From Sulfurovum sp. (GTDB taxonomy: Bacteria; Campylobacterota; Campylobacteria; Campylobacterales; Sulfurovaceae), in NCBI GenBank assembly GCA_021647715.1, contig JAKIUE010000001.1, positions 11,285 through 75,284 on the forward strand: 64,000 nt of DNA, read 5' to 3'. Of the stretch, positions 1 to 10,930 are shown in pieces; the stretch's first letter is position 1; every line of letters begins with the position of its first letter. The notes below the pieces were generated by a model that saw nothing but the letters and a program-made list of their open reading frames with translations, was not told the origin of the DNA and made no database searches. Both the position numbers and the translations under genes were made by a program.

Positions 1-1
1 C

Positions 2-1417
2 TTTGCCAAGATAGAAGATGCTGATGGTTTAGTACAACTCTACTTTAACCGTGATGACCTTGCTGATGGGTACTACAATGATGTGGTCAAAAAACTTTTT
101 GAAGTGGGTGATATCATTGAAGCAAAAGGTTATCCTTTCGTTACAGGTACAGGTGAACTTACTTTACATTGTCTAGAGGTAAATCTAGTAACTAAAGCCA
201 TCTTCCCATTACCTGAGAAATTTCATGGTATTCAAGACCAAGAAATAAAGTATAGACAACGTTATCTTGATATGATTATGGATGCAGAAGTTACCAAACG
301 TTTCAAGCTCCGATCACGTATAGTCTCAGGCATACGAAGATTTTTTGAAGACAATGGGTTCTTGGAAGTTGAAACCCCTATGATGCACCCCATTCCTGGT
401 GGAGCTAATGCCAAACCATTTGTTACGCATCATAATGCTTTGGGTGTGGACAGATACCTACGCATAGCACCAGAGCTTTACCTAAAACGTCTCATAGTGG
501 GTGGCATGGATGCAGTATTTGAGATAAACAGAAACTTCAGAAATGAAGGCATAGATGCCACACATAACCCTGAGTTTACTTCTATAGAGTTCTATTGGGC
601 ATACAAAACCTACATCGAGCTTATGGTAGTGACTGAAGAGTTGTTTGACTATCTTTTTGATACTTTAGAACTAGAAAGAACCCTCCCCTATGGAGACATG
701 AAGATAAACTTTACTACACCATTTGCAAAAGTACCATGGGTAGACAGCATCGTAGATGTCGGTGGCGTACCACGTGAGATAGCCACTGACAGAGATGCTG
801 GGCTTGCTTACCTAAAAGAGCGTAACCTAAAAGCAGACAAAAACTGGACACTAGGCTACGTACAAGCAGAACTTTTTGACGAGTTCGTAGAATCTAAACT
901 CATCAACCCTACTTTCATCACAGACTACCCAGTAGACATCTCTCCGCTTGCTAGAAGAAATGACGAAAATCCAGAAGTGACAGAAAGATTTGAACTTTTC
1001 ATGGCAGGCAAAGAAATAGCCAATGGGTTTTCTGAGCTCAACGACCCACTTGACCAATATGAAAGGTTTATGGGACAAGTAGATGCAAAAGAAGCCACAG
1101 GAGATGACGAAGCCATGCACATGGACACAGACTTTGTTAAAGCCCTAGGCTACGGCATGACACCCACAGCGGGTGAAGGCATAGGCATCGACCGATTAGT
1201 TATGATGCTCACCAACCAACACACTATCCGTGACGTACTTCTCTTCCCAGCGATGAGACCAGAAGTCATACAAGAAACACCAAAAGTAGATGCTGCTACA
1301 CAATGTAAAAAATGTGGACATGAGGTCGCAGAAGAACTCAAGCCTGCTAAAAAGGGTAAGGGTATGTTTTGTATGGATGTTGCGGCTTGTAAAGGGCGAG
1401 TTTCGGAAAGGGCATAA
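2..1417 (+). CDS. lysS: Lysine--tRNA ligase (class II), 5'-truncated by the window edge; carries a Cys-rich C-terminal extension
   Basis: The frame is open from position 2 ([14 protein letters not shown]...). Motifs [33 protein letters not shown] and [11 protein letters not shown] are present. Confidence 0.97.
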   Translation, partial: FAKIEDADGLVQLYFNRDDLADGYYNDVVKKLFEVGDIIEAKGYPFVTGTGELTLHCLEVNLVTKAIFPLPEKFHGIQDQEIKYRQRYLDMIMDAEVTKRFKLRSRIVSGIRRFFEDNGFLEVETPMMHPIPGGANAKPFVTHHNALGVDRYLRIAPELYLKRLIVGGMDAVFEINRNFRNEGIDATHNPEFTSIEFYWAYKTYIELMVVTEELFDYLFDTLELERTLPYGDMKINFTTPFAKVPWVDSIVDVGGVPREIATDRDAGLAYLKERNLKADKNWTLGYVQAELFDEFVESKLINPTFITDYPVDISPLARRNDENPEVTERFELFMAGKEIANGFSELNDPLDQYERFMGQVDAKEATGDDEAMHMDTDFVKALGYGMTPTAGEGIGIDRLVMMLTNQHTIRDVLLFPAMRPEVIQETPKVDAATQCKKCGHEVAEELKPAKKGKGMFCMDVAACKGRVSERA

Positions 1418-1558
1418 CCTTTCTTCTTTCTCTCACTAGGCTTATAAGTAAAATCTCTTCCTTCCTAAAATCAACCTCTTATCTATATTTTTGACATTTT
1501 TTGACTTATTTATGTAAAACTTTAACTAATAATAACATTTTATATCAAAGGGGAAAAG

Positions 1559-2125
1559 ATGAAATACACAATGATTTTTACCGCAAGTCTATTAAGTGTA
1601 AGCCTATTTACAGGTTGTGATCTAAATAAGACATCAGACAACGAAACAGATAGTTGTCAATCAATACAAACAGATATACATCACAAAAAAACCAACCCTC
1701 TTCAAAAGAATATTGCAGGAACATGGCTAGGTAATTGTCACTATGACGAAGATTATGATGAATCATACCAAGCAGAATTAATTTTTAATCTAGATTTATC
1801 ATTTAATTATATTGAAAAAACTTACCCTACAGAGGACTGTTTAGGAGATTCTTATAATGAAGGTAATAAAAAATTAGGTAGTTACAAAATAGGTGATATT
1901 ACAAGATCTGAAAATAATGAAAAAGCATATGAATTTGAAACACACTCCCTGATAAATTCGCAAATTGAGGATAAGTACTTCATGGTAAAAATAACCTCTT
2001 CAAGACTTATTTTTACAGATGAAAAAATAGACCAAAGTCAACCAAATGGAAAAACACTTCAAACACGGAATAACTACTTCAAAGAGGTACCCCGTATTAC
2101 GTTTACTAAAAAACACAATAAGTGA
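1559..2125 (+). CDS. Hypothetical lipoprotein
   Basis: Lipobox LFTG-C follows a hydrophobic N-terminus, with a GGGAA RBS upstream. No family recognised. Confidence 0.75.
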   Translation: MKYTMIFTASLLSVSLFTGCDLNKTSDNETDSCQSIQTDIHHKKTNPLQKNIAGTWLGNCHYDEDYDESYQAELIFNLDLSFNYIEKTYPTEDCLGDSYNEGNKKLGSYKIGDITRSENNEKAYEFETHSLINSQIEDKYFMVKITSSRLIFTDEKIDQSQPNGKTLQTRNNYFKEVPRITFTKKHNK

Positions 2126-2157
2126 GTAAGAATATTTTCATAAATAATATCACATAT

Positions 2158-3594
2158 CTAGTTTTGATAGAAATTAGGTAGATTTTTTATGTCTAGTGCT
2201 GAACCTTCTGAAAAATTGATATACGATGATACCTTGCTAATATCCCAATTATTCAATGGTTTATTGAAAGCTTCTGCATGGTAAAACATAAAAGAAAAAT
2301 TGATTACAGATGAAGTATCCCACTTTCCTATTGGTTGATTAAAAGAAATTGCATTAGTAAACATTTCAGACATATTAACCACTGATGAAGTGTTCCATTT
2401 TTCTATAGGGTGATTAAAGGCTGTTGCGAAACTGAACATAGCATTCATTTCTGTTACTGATGAAATATCCCACTTTCCAATTGGCTGGTTAAATGAGTCT
2501 GCATAAAAAAACATCTGGTTCATTTTTTTCACTGACGATGTATCCCAATTGCTAATATCTAAATTAAATTTTTGTAAAGTTTGTTTTTCAGAAAAACTTA
2601 AATCATTATACTCATAACCATAAAGATAAAATAAATCACTCATATCTGTAATTTTAGATGTATTTGCTGTGGTAAGTATATGTTCGTTTTTTTGACTTGG
2701 ATTTTTAGCCCAATTTTTAATATGCTGTACAAGCTCCTCTCTTATAAGTGTTTCATTGACAACATCTTCTACCACAATATTTCTACTAACTTCTTTTGCT
2801 TTATTTCCTGCTTCATCCTTAACATTATATGTAACAATATAACGTCCTGCAGTAGCAGTATCTACTAAATTAGTTATATGAATATTCTTTGTAATATTTC
2901 CATCAACCATATCAACGGCTGTAGCTCCTGCATCAGAATAAGTATCTCCCAAACTTAATCTTATCTTGCTTTTACCATGAAGTGTAATTATTGGCGAAAT
3001 AGTATCTATCTTCTTCTGAACTACCTCTTTTTTCTTTTGGGATACATCATCTCTTGATACTGAGGAATCACTTACATTTTTCACAGATAGCGAATAAAGG
3101 TGAGGGTTCCTCCAGGCTGTGTCCCCTCTCAATATAACATAAGTCAAGGGGCTTTTAGCTACAAAAGTAAAAACTTCTTCTATAGGTGTATCCCCTGTAA
3201 TACTTTTACTTTGCAGCATCTCATTTACACCATAAAACTTCGGGAGAGTATTAGATATTGCTATAATCGAAGCTCCATCAAAATTTTCATCACTTGAAGT
3301 ATCCGCACCAATTAATGTTGCTTTTACTCTATATGTTTCACCTTCTATAGTTTCAAAAGCCTGATAAATATAAGGATGCTTTTCATTACCTGTTAAGAGA
3401 TATAATTTATCTTTATAATTTCTTCGCATGTAGAAAGAACCTTTCCACTCCTGCTTATTGTCTTTGTCAATACTACTTCTAAATATACCATTTTCATTAT
3501 TTGCATTATAAATTAGTTCTACACCTTCACTTGCAAAAAGCATTGGCATTAAAAACAAAAATATTAAAAATCTTACGATTTGTAACTTTATCAT
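2158..3594 (-). CDS. Exported surface protein with a DUF5011/Ig-like domain and C-terminal DUF285 (BspA-like) repeats
   Basis: Signal peptide, then DTISPIITLHG...YIVTYNVKDEAGN (Ig-like), then about four 25-aa repeats of the form FNQPIGKWDISSVTEMNAMF. Confidence 0.85.
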   Translation of the reverse strand: MIKLQIVRFLIFLFLMPMLFASEGVELIYNANNENGIFRSSIDKDNKQEWKGSFYMRRNYKDKLYLLTGNEKHPYIYQAFETIEGETYRVKATLIGADTSSDENFDGASIIAISNTLPKFYGVNEMLQSKSITGDTPIEEVFTFVAKSPLTYVILRGDTAWRNPHLYSLSVKNVSDSSVSRDDVSQKKKEVVQKKIDTISPIITLHGKSKIRLSLGDTYSDAGATAVDMVDGNITKNIHITNLVDTATAGRYIVTYNVKDEAGNKAKEVSRNIVVEDVVNETLIREELVQHIKNWAKNPSQKNEHILTTANTSKITDMSDLFYLYGYEYNDLSFSEKQTLQKFNLDISNWDTSSVKKMNQMFFYADSFNQPIGKWDISSVTEMNAMFSFATAFNHPIEKWNTSSVVNMSEMFTNAISFNQPIGKWDTSSVINFSFMFYHAEAFNKPLNNWDISKVSSYINFSEGSALDIKNLPNFYQN

Positions 3595-3822
3595 TTACTT
3601 ATTCCTTTTAAATTTAACTCATATTAAATACCAAATTCTTCATTTAGTATAGATTATATTAACCCAATATTTATACTATATTATACAATATAAAGTCTTA
3701 CCTTTTTGTTAGTCATGTCTAAGTCTAGATTATTTATGGATTTTATGCGGTAATCAAAATAAAAGAGGAATTTTGATATAAATACACAATTTAAAAACTT
3801 CTTCCAACAGAAAAGGAATCTA

Positions 3823-5073
3823 ATGTCATATGAAATAAAGAGTTTTGACCCAGAGATATTTGCTGCCATTGAAAATGAAAGAGAGAGACAAACAGACCAT
3901 TTAGAGATGATTGCTTCTGAGAACTTTACCCTTCCTTCTGTAATGGAAGCGATGGGTTCAGTGTTTACAAACAAATATGCTGAAGGGTACCCCCATAAAC
4001 GTTACTATGGTGGCTGTGAATTTGCGGATGTGGTAGAGCAACTTGCCATAGATAGAGCTTGTGAACTCTTTGATTGCAAATTCGCCAATGTGCAACCTCA
4101 CTCAGGAAGTCAAGCCAATGGTGCTGTATATGCCGCACTTATTAAAGCTGGGGAGAAAATCTTAGGAATGGACTTAAGTCATGGTGGGCACTTAACACAT
4201 GGAAGTAAACCTAGTTTTTCTGGTAAGAACTACTCTTCATTTACCTATGGGGTAGAACTTGATGGTCGCATAAACTATGACGAAGTAATGAGAATAGCTA
4301 AAACTGTTAATCCAAAAATCATCGTATGTGGAGCTTCCGCATACGCTAGAGAAATAGACTTTAAAAAGTTTCGTGAAATTGCAGACGAAGTAGGAGCCAT
4401 CCTTTTTGCTGACATAGCTCACATCGCTGGTCTTGTCTGTGCAGGTGAACACCCTAGCCCATTCCCTTATGCGGACGTTGTAACTACAACGACACACAAA
4501 ACCCTAGCAGGACCTCGTGGTGGCATGATTATGACTAATGATGAAACGATAGCAAAGAAAATAAACTCTGCTATCTTCCCAGGACTTCAAGGTGGACCAC
4601 TCGTACACGTCATAGCTGCAAAAGCTGTTGGATTTAAATACAACCTGAGTGATGATTGGAAAATATATGCAAAACAAGTCAAAGCCAATGCGAGTAAACT
4701 TGCAGAAGTACTTGTAAACCGTGGATACGATGTAGTCTCAGGTGGAACAGATAACCACCTCATACTTGTTTCTTTTTTAAACAAAAGCTTCTCAGGAAAA
4801 GAGGCTGATACAGCATTAGGTAATGCGGGTATCACTGTAAACATGAACACAGTACCAGGTGAAACCAGAAGTCCATTTGTTACTTCTGGTGTACGTATAG
4901 GTTCCCCTGCCTTAACTTCCCGTGGTATGAAAGAAAAAGAGTTTGAAATCATCGCAAACAAAATAGCTGATATACTTGATAATATCAACGATTCTGACTT
5001 ACAAGTAAAAATAAAAGATGAAATGAAAATACTTGCTCAAAACTTTGTTATCTATGACAAATCAATCTATTAA
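3823..5073 (+). CDS. glyA: Serine hydroxymethyltransferase
   Basis: [16 protein letters not shown] and the PLP-lysine motif [14 protein letters not shown]. Confidence 0.98.
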   Translation: MSYEIKSFDPEIFAAIENERERQTDHLEMIASENFTLPSVMEAMGSVFTNKYAEGYPHKRYYGGCEFADVVEQLAIDRACELFDCKFANVQPHSGSQANGAVYAALIKAGEKILGMDLSHGGHLTHGSKPSFSGKNYSSFTYGVELDGRINYDEVMRIAKTVNPKIIVCGASAYAREIDFKKFREIADEVGAILFADIAHIAGLVCAGEHPSPFPYADVVTTTTHKTLAGPRGGMIMTNDETIAKKINSAIFPGLQGGPLVHVIAAKAVGFKYNLSDDWKIYAKQVKANASKLAEVLVNRGYDVVSGGTDNHLILVSFLNKSFSGKEADTALGNAGITVNMNTVPGETRSPFVTSGVRIGSPALTSRGMKEKEFEIIANKIADILDNINDSDLQVKIKDEMKILAQNFVIYDKSIY

Positions 5074-5085
5074 TCGGATTTTAAT

Positions 5086-5601
5086 ATAGAAGTCTTTGAT
5101 TTAGAGCTTTTTAATAGCCATTATTACATTAAACATAATACTATTGTAAAAAAAATAGAGTTTGACAATCGGACTTTTTATACAAAATTTGAACGTATTG
5201 ATGAACCACTTAATACCCTATTGATTAAACAACATCTCAATAGAGAATATACTATCGCTGTACCTCTACTGCACAACAATCAGACAAACTACCTAGTCAT
5301 TGAATACAAGGGTGATGAAAAAACACGATTTTATCACCTTATGCAACATCTTTTTAAAACACTAAAGATAACAAAATATCAAATCTATGAAGGTTATTCT
5401 CCAACACAATTATGTGTATTTATAGAAGTCGAAAAGTATACGTTAAAAGAAGCCGACAATCATTTAGAGGTTATTTCAATGGCATTAAAAGAAAAAATGA
5501 TAAAAAACTGGAAGTGCTTACCTTCCTCTTCTCTTCCAATAGAATATAATATTGTAACTTTACCTTATAAAAAATATACTACTATAACAAAAAAAATCTA
5601 G
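5086..5601 (+). CDS. DUF1882-family protein; start uncertain (ATA at 5086 proposed, ORF track gives TTG at 5221)
   Basis: The frame is open from 5074 and reads IEVFDLELFNSHYYIKHNTIVKKIEF.... The position between glyA and the SPOR gene matches the Campylobacterota DUF1882 gene as I recall it. Confidence 0.7.
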   Translation: MEVFDLELFNSHYYIKHNTIVKKIEFDNRTFYTKFERIDEPLNTLLIKQHLNREYTIAVPLLHNNQTNYLVIEYKGDEKTRFYHLMQHLFKTLKITKYQIYEGYSPTQLCVFIEVEKYTLKEADNHLEVISMALKEKMIKNWKCLPSSSLPIEYNIVTLPYKKYTTITKKI

Positions 5602-5702
5602 TATTTATTCATTACATAAGCTATATTTAAATATAACAATTCTTTTAATATATATAAATATGATATAATACCCTTAAATATCACACTCTGGAGATTCCCC
5701 GT

Positions 5703-6602
5703 ATGAACGATCATAATCTAGATGACCTCATCATAGACAACATAAACACAAGAACTTCTAAATCAAAAAACCTCTTGACTATCATTGCCTTGGCTATTGT
5801 AGTACTTGTTATAGCTATTATACTTACTAAAACTATACTAAGAAACCCTAATGATACACTGGATATTAGTAATGATAGTGACACTGAAATGATTAGTCCT
5901 GAACTTACCCTGCAAAATGCCATTAAAGAAGAAGATACCCAAGAAAAACTTTCTTTAAAAACTAAAAAAGAGACTAAAAACCAATCAAAGCTTGAGGACG
6001 TAGCGCCTCTCAAAGAAAAAAATACTGCCATTAATGAAGAAAGCACAGCAAAACCTAAAACACTAAATACAGCTATTGAAGAACCAGTTAAAGAGAAAAT
6101 TAAAACAACTACAACAACGCTTGAAAAAACTGTAAATGAAAAAACAAAACCAAAGACAGTAACTATTGCAGAAGACATATTTGATGAGGAGGAAGAAGCA
6201 GCAAGTGCACTAGCCAAAAAAGAAGCAGAAAAAAAATATAAACAAGCCCAAGCAAAAAAAGAAGCAAAAAAGAAACAATTAGAAGCTAAAAAAAAGGCAA
6301 AAGAAAAAGAACTTTCTAGCAGCAAAAAAGTAGTAAAAAAAGAAAAACAACCAACAAAACCTACAATAAATAGTGGAAGTGGACGTTATTATATTCAAGT
6401 AGGGTCTTTTAAACAAGTCCCTAGTAAACAATTTTTATCTATCATTAAAAAAAGTGGGTTTAATTATAAAGTTACATCACCTTCAAGTTCAGGTATGAAG
6501 AAATTACTGATAGGTCCATACACAAATAAATCTACTGTGAATTCTGCTCTGCCTCGTGTAAGAGAACGCATCAATAAAGGTGCCTTTGTTGTTACAAAGT
6601 AA
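5703..6602 (+). CDS. SPOR-domain (FtsN/DedD-like) membrane-anchored protein
   Basis: N-terminal TM helix, Lys/Glu-rich linker and C-terminal YYIQVGSF...KLLIGPY SPOR domain. Confidence 0.88.
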   Translation: MNDHNLDDLIIDNINTRTSKSKNLLTIIALAIVVLVIAIILTKTILRNPNDTLDISNDSDTEMISPELTLQNAIKEEDTQEKLSLKTKKETKNQSKLEDVAPLKEKNTAINEESTAKPKTLNTAIEEPVKEKIKTTTTTLEKTVNEKTKPKTVTIAEDIFDEEEEAASALAKKEAEKKYKQAQAKKEAKKKQLEAKKKAKEKELSSSKKVVKKEKQPTKPTINSGSGRYYIQVGSFKQVPSKQFLSIIKKSGFNYKVTSPSSSGMKKLLIGPYTNKSTVNSALPRVRERINKGAFVVTK

Positions 6603-6608
6603 TGCATT

Positions 6609-8015
6609 ATGCATAAAACATTACTATTTGACCAATTAACCCCTGTAGCACTTTATGGAAAAATAAAAAACATTTTTCCAAATAAAGTGACCATGCTCTT
6701 TGAATCTGTAGTAAATACTACTGAAGGAAATTTTTCTTTTATTACTATAGGTGCTCAAGAACGCTTAATCTATAAAAATAATATCACTTCATATATTGAT
6801 ACAGATTCAAAAAGACATACACTTAACGATGATCCTTTTTCATTTTTAAAAAAACATTATAAAGATATTGATGAAGAAGTGTATATAAACAAAGCACAAG
6901 AAGTTGGATTTTCTTTTGTAGATGGATTCATAGGATTTATCGCTTATGATATGGTCAAAGTTTTCGAACCTACCCTTAAAGAAAGTATGGATGATTTAGA
7001 AGACACGTTAAATACACCTGACCTTGACCTTGTTCGTCCATCTATCATCATGGCATATTCGCATAAGTCTTCCAAACTTACCATTATACTTAATGATGAC
7101 AATATGAAAGATAGTGTAGCAGAGATAGAAGCTATCTTACATAGTACATGTACTCCAATGCCATTAAAAGCAGTAGTACTCGATGGCGAGGGTAGATTTA
7201 GCATAGATGAGGAACGCTACAAAAAACTTGTAGATGAATCAAAGGAAAACATACGCTCAGGAGATATCTTTCAAATACTTCTTTCTAACAGATATACACA
7301 AAAAGGTAAAATAGACCCTCTTAGTTTTTATAGAGTACTTCGTTCTAAGAATCCTTCACCCTATCTCTTTTTACTTGACTATGAAGATTTTTCTATTTGT
7401 GGATCTAGCCCTGAAGTTATGGTTCGTCTCACCGGAGATGAGATACTCCTTCGCCCTATAGCTGGTACACGAAAACGTGGTAAAAATGCAACTAGAGATA
7501 AAGAACTTGAACTTGAAATGCTTGCTGATCCTAAAGAGTGTGCAGAACACCTTATGCTCATAGACCTTGGACGTAATGATGTAGGACGCGTGGCAAAAAC
7601 AGGAACAGTAAATGTCACAGATATGATGCGTGTAGAAAAGTATTCTCATGTGATGCATATGGTGACAGATGTGAGAGCAAAACTCGATGAGAATAAAGAT
7701 ATGTTTGACCTCTTTGCTGCAACCTTTACTGCTGGTACAATGACAGGAGCACCTAAAATTGAAGCTATGAAACTCATTGCATCCTTCGAAAGACTTAAAC
7801 GTGGATTCTACTCAGGGTCAGTTGGGTATTTTTCTTTTGATGGTAATATGGATTCATCCATTGCCATTAGAACGTCACTTATCAAACCTGATAGTATTAC
7901 CTTGCAAGCTGGAGGAGGAGTAGTGGCAGATTCTATTCCAGAACTTGAATACCTTGAGATGAACAATAAACTAGGTGCCCTGCTTGCAACACTCAAAGAG
8001 ATGGAAAAACTTTAA
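6609..8015 (+). CDS. trpE: Anthranilate synthase component I (chorismate-binding enzyme)
   Basis: LFES, GDIFQILLS, NPSPY (TrpE-type), PIAGTRKRG, EHLMLIDLGRND and QAGGGVVADS. Confidence 0.85.
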   Translation: MHKTLLFDQLTPVALYGKIKNIFPNKVTMLFESVVNTTEGNFSFITIGAQERLIYKNNITSYIDTDSKRHTLNDDPFSFLKKHYKDIDEEVYINKAQEVGFSFVDGFIGFIAYDMVKVFEPTLKESMDDLEDTLNTPDLDLVRPSIIMAYSHKSSKLTIILNDDNMKDSVAEIEAILHSTCTPMPLKAVVLDGEGRFSIDEERYKKLVDESKENIRSGDIFQILLSNRYTQKGKIDPLSFYRVLRSKNPSPYLFLLDYEDFSICGSSPEVMVRLTGDEILLRPIAGTRKRGKNATRDKELELEMLADPKECAEHLMLIDLGRNDVGRVAKTGTVNVTDMMRVEKYSHVMHMVTDVRAKLDENKDMFDLFAATFTAGTMTGAPKIEAMKLIASFERLKRGFYSGSVGYFSFDGNMDSSIAIRTSLIKPDSITLQAGGGVVADSIPELEYLEMNNKLGALLATLKEMEKL

Positions 8016-8038
8016 AAATGCAAAAGGTTTAATTTAAT

Positions 8039-8833
8039 ATGAAAAAACTTTTTGCCATATTTGGTAATCCAGTCTCGCACTCTAAATCACCACTTATGCA
8101 CAACCTCACCTTTCAAGGGCTAAATTATGATGCATGTTATACACGCCACCTCTTAGAAAAAGGTAACACCCTAAAAGAGACTTTCTTTACGCTAGGACTC
8201 AAAGGTATTAATGTAACAATACCGCATAAAGAAGCTGCTTTTAACGCCTGTGATACACTTGATCCTTTTGCACAAAAGATAGGTGTTGTCAATACAATTG
8301 TTGAGAGAGAGGGGAGTCTTCATGGCTACAATACAGATGCCCCAGGATTTTTAAAAGCAATTTCTGAATTTAACCATGTAAAAACGGTACTTTTTTTAGG
8401 CGCAGGAGGTACAGCACAATCAACTTCAAACATCTTACGTGATGAGGGATACGAAGTGACTCTTCTTAACCGAAGTGCCTCACGATTAGAGAAGTTTACT
8501 GCTAAAGGCTTTACTACCTATACTTTTGAAACTTTCAAGCCCAAAGTATATGACCTTATTATCAACATGACATCCGCAGGACTTGAAGATGACTCTTTAC
8601 CTTGTCCTAAAGAAATACTTGATATGGTTATACCCAAAGCCAAAGCAGCTGTAGATGTTATTTATGGCAAAGAAACACCTTTTTTAAAATGTGCAAAAAG
8701 TTATAATATACCTACTAAAGATGGTTCTGATATGTTACTCTATCAAGGGATTATAGCCTTCGAATATTTTACTGAAAACACCTACTCCTTTGATGAGATA
8801 AAACCTCATATGCAAAAAGCATTTTTACTATAA
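8039..8833 (+). CDS. aroE: Shikimate dehydrogenase
   Basis: FGNPVSHSKSP, NVTIPHKE, VNT, GYNTD and GAGG. Confidence 0.96.
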   Translation: MKKLFAIFGNPVSHSKSPLMHNLTFQGLNYDACYTRHLLEKGNTLKETFFTLGLKGINVTIPHKEAAFNACDTLDPFAQKIGVVNTIVEREGSLHGYNTDAPGFLKAISEFNHVKTVLFLGAGGTAQSTSNILRDEGYEVTLLNRSASRLEKFTAKGFTTYTFETFKPKVYDLIINMTSAGLEDDSLPCPKEILDMVIPKAKAAVDVIYGKETPFLKCAKSYNIPTKDGSDMLLYQGIIAFEYFTENTYSFDEIKPHMQKAFLL

Positions 8834-8846
8834 AATAGTTAAAAAG

Positions 8847-10181
8847 ATGTTTTACTTTAAAAAAAATCTACTGCTTATTGGACTATCAATCTTCATTATT
8901 GTTACTATAGTTTGGTACAATCTTCCTAAAATTACTCCCTATTACACACAACTTACAAAAGCACGTATATCCATGAACATTGATTTACAACCTGATTCAC
9001 AAAAAAAATCACGCTTCGTAGGTTCTCATAAATGTAAAGAATGTCATAAAGAAGAACATCACGATTGGCAAAACTCTCTCCACTCTAAAATGATACAAGA
9101 CATTCAGAAAAACCCAAATGCCGTTATAGCTGACTTTACAAAACTACCCAAAGATGCAGACTTTACACTTGCAGAAGCTATATATACTGTAGGGTCAAAA
9201 TTCAAACAACGCTATATGATACCAGCGACTATAAATGGTAAAGATGATTTTAGACTGGGAAACTATCAATGGAACCAACAAACTAACAAATGGCAAAATT
9301 TCAAACCTTATAAATATTGGTATAAAGACTCCTACCCTCATGACAATAAAAATTTTCCAACATCAAATACTTGTGATGGATGTCACTTTACTGGCTATAT
9401 GTCTACAGGTGAAAGGGTAGAACCTTCTATCTCTTGTGAGTCATGTCATGGTCCTGGTAGTGCACATAGTAAAGACCCTGAATCAGCTATATTTAAAGCA
9501 AGTCTCTCTGACCCCATACGTACTAATGAAGTCTGCTTACAGTGTCATATGAGAAATAGAGATAAACGTATAGAAACAAAAAAAATGACCGCTAAAAAAA
9601 TATGGATGAGTGCAAAAGATTACCCCCATGGTTATGAAGCAGGTCGTCCGCTCATAGACTATAAACTACCTGCACCTTTTACATTTGGTCAAGAGACAAA
9701 AGAATTTTGGGCAAATGGGGCAGCAAAGAAGAACCGTACTCAAGGAAATGAATATGTTCATAACACTATGTACAAACATGGTATCACCTGTATTAACTGT
9801 CATGATCCTCATAAACTTACCAATACTGCACAAAAACCCCAAGGAAATACTGCGTGTATGAAGTGTCATACATTTGGATCTCTTATTGGTCCCCACCAAA
9901 ACAGTTTAGAAGAACATACCCATCATAAAGAAGATTCAAAAGGCTCACAATGTATAGAATGCCATATGCCCAAAACTGCCAAACATACAGGAAAATCTCC
10001 ACTTACTGTACGTTCTCACCTCTTTAGCTTTACCTATCCTGCACAAACTAAAGCATATAAAATGCCTCCTGAAACCAATGCTTGTTATGCTTGTCATAAA
10101 AATAAAACATTAGATACCTTACAAAAAAACTTAAAAGATTGGGGAATGCTTGAGTGGGGGAAACTTAAGCCACTATTGTAA
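8847..10181 (+). CDS. Membrane-anchored octaheme c-type cytochrome (c554/c552-like)
   Basis: Eight CxxCH motifs (CKECH, CDGCH, CESCH, CLQCH, CINCH, CMKCH, CIECH, CYACH) and an N-terminal hydrophobic segment. Confidence 0.9.
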   Translation: MFYFKKNLLLIGLSIFIIVTIVWYNLPKITPYYTQLTKARISMNIDLQPDSQKKSRFVGSHKCKECHKEEHHDWQNSLHSKMIQDIQKNPNAVIADFTKLPKDADFTLAEAIYTVGSKFKQRYMIPATINGKDDFRLGNYQWNQQTNKWQNFKPYKYWYKDSYPHDNKNFPTSNTCDGCHFTGYMSTGERVEPSISCESCHGPGSAHSKDPESAIFKASLSDPIRTNEVCLQCHMRNRDKRIETKKMTAKKIWMSAKDYPHGYEAGRPLIDYKLPAPFTFGQETKEFWANGAAKKNRTQGNEYVHNTMYKHGITCINCHDPHKLTNTAQKPQGNTACMKCHTFGSLIGPHQNSLEEHTHHKEDSKGSQCIECHMPKTAKHTGKSPLTVRSHLFSFTYPAQTKAYKMPPETNACYACHKNKTLDTLQKNLKDWGMLEWGKLKPLL

Positions 10182-10261
10182 ATATTACAGAGTATTTGTA
10201 TTTAATTAACCTTTTCTGACTACAATACTAAAACTACGCTATGAAAAGGAGTCACTACCTC

Positions 10262-10930
10262 ATGATAAATATACTAATGATAGAAGATGATCCAGAATTT
10301 GCAGAACTTCTAAGTGAATACTTAGCACAATATGATATAAAAGTGACTAATTTTGAAGATCCTTTTTTAGGCTTAAGTGCCGGTGTTAAAAAATATGACT
10401 TACTCATTTTAGATCTTACTTTACCAGGTATGGATGGACTTGAGGTTTGTGAAGAAGTCATACGTAAATATGATATTCCTGTGATTATATCATCAGCTCG
10501 TTCTGATATTAACGATAAAGTTGAAGCACTCGCCATTGGAGCAGATGATTACTTGCCTAAACCTTATGACCCAAAAGAGATGTATGCGCGTATTATGTCT
10601 CTGCTTCGTCGTTATGAAAAATCAAATACAAATGAACAAAATACACCAAAAAGTGATTTTGATATTAAAGGTGATACTATCTATTTTAAAGGAAATGCAC
10701 TTTCTTTAACGCCTGCAGAATTTGAAGTACTCTCTTTACTCGTACAACACCAAGGTATCACACAATCACGTGAACAAATTATCAACACCTCAGGAAATAT
10801 GAGTATTGATTCTCAAGGAAAAAGCTTAGATGTCATTATCTCTAAGATTCGTACAAAACTTGGGGAAAAAGATACAGCTGATTCAAAGCGTATACAGGCA
10901 GTCCGTGGTATAGGGTACAAACTTGTTTGA
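10262..10930 (+). CDS. OmpR-family response regulator (RacR/ArsR-like)
   Basis: MINILMIEDD, LDLTLPGMDG, GADDYLPKPYDPKEMYARI and a winged-helix end AVRGIGYKL. Start set at the second ATG. Confidence 0.93.
   Translation: MINILMIEDDPEFAELLSEYLAQYDIKVTNFEDPFLGLSAGVKKYDLLILDLTLPGMDGLEVCEEVIRKYDIPVIISSARSDINDKVEALAIGADDYLPKPYDPKEMYARIMSLLRRYEKSNTNEQNTPKSDFDIKGDTIYFKGNALSLTPAEFEVLSLLVQHQGITQSREQIINTSGNMSIDSQGKSLDVIISKIRTKLGEKDTADSKRIQAVRGIGYKLV

Noticed and set aside
5711-6325. 204 aa antisense ORF, and the many other short antisense or overlapping ORFs in the track
   Set aside because: These are shadows of well-supported genes on the opposite strand or in another frame, produced by low-complexity or biased codon usage. 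They have no RBS or motifs.
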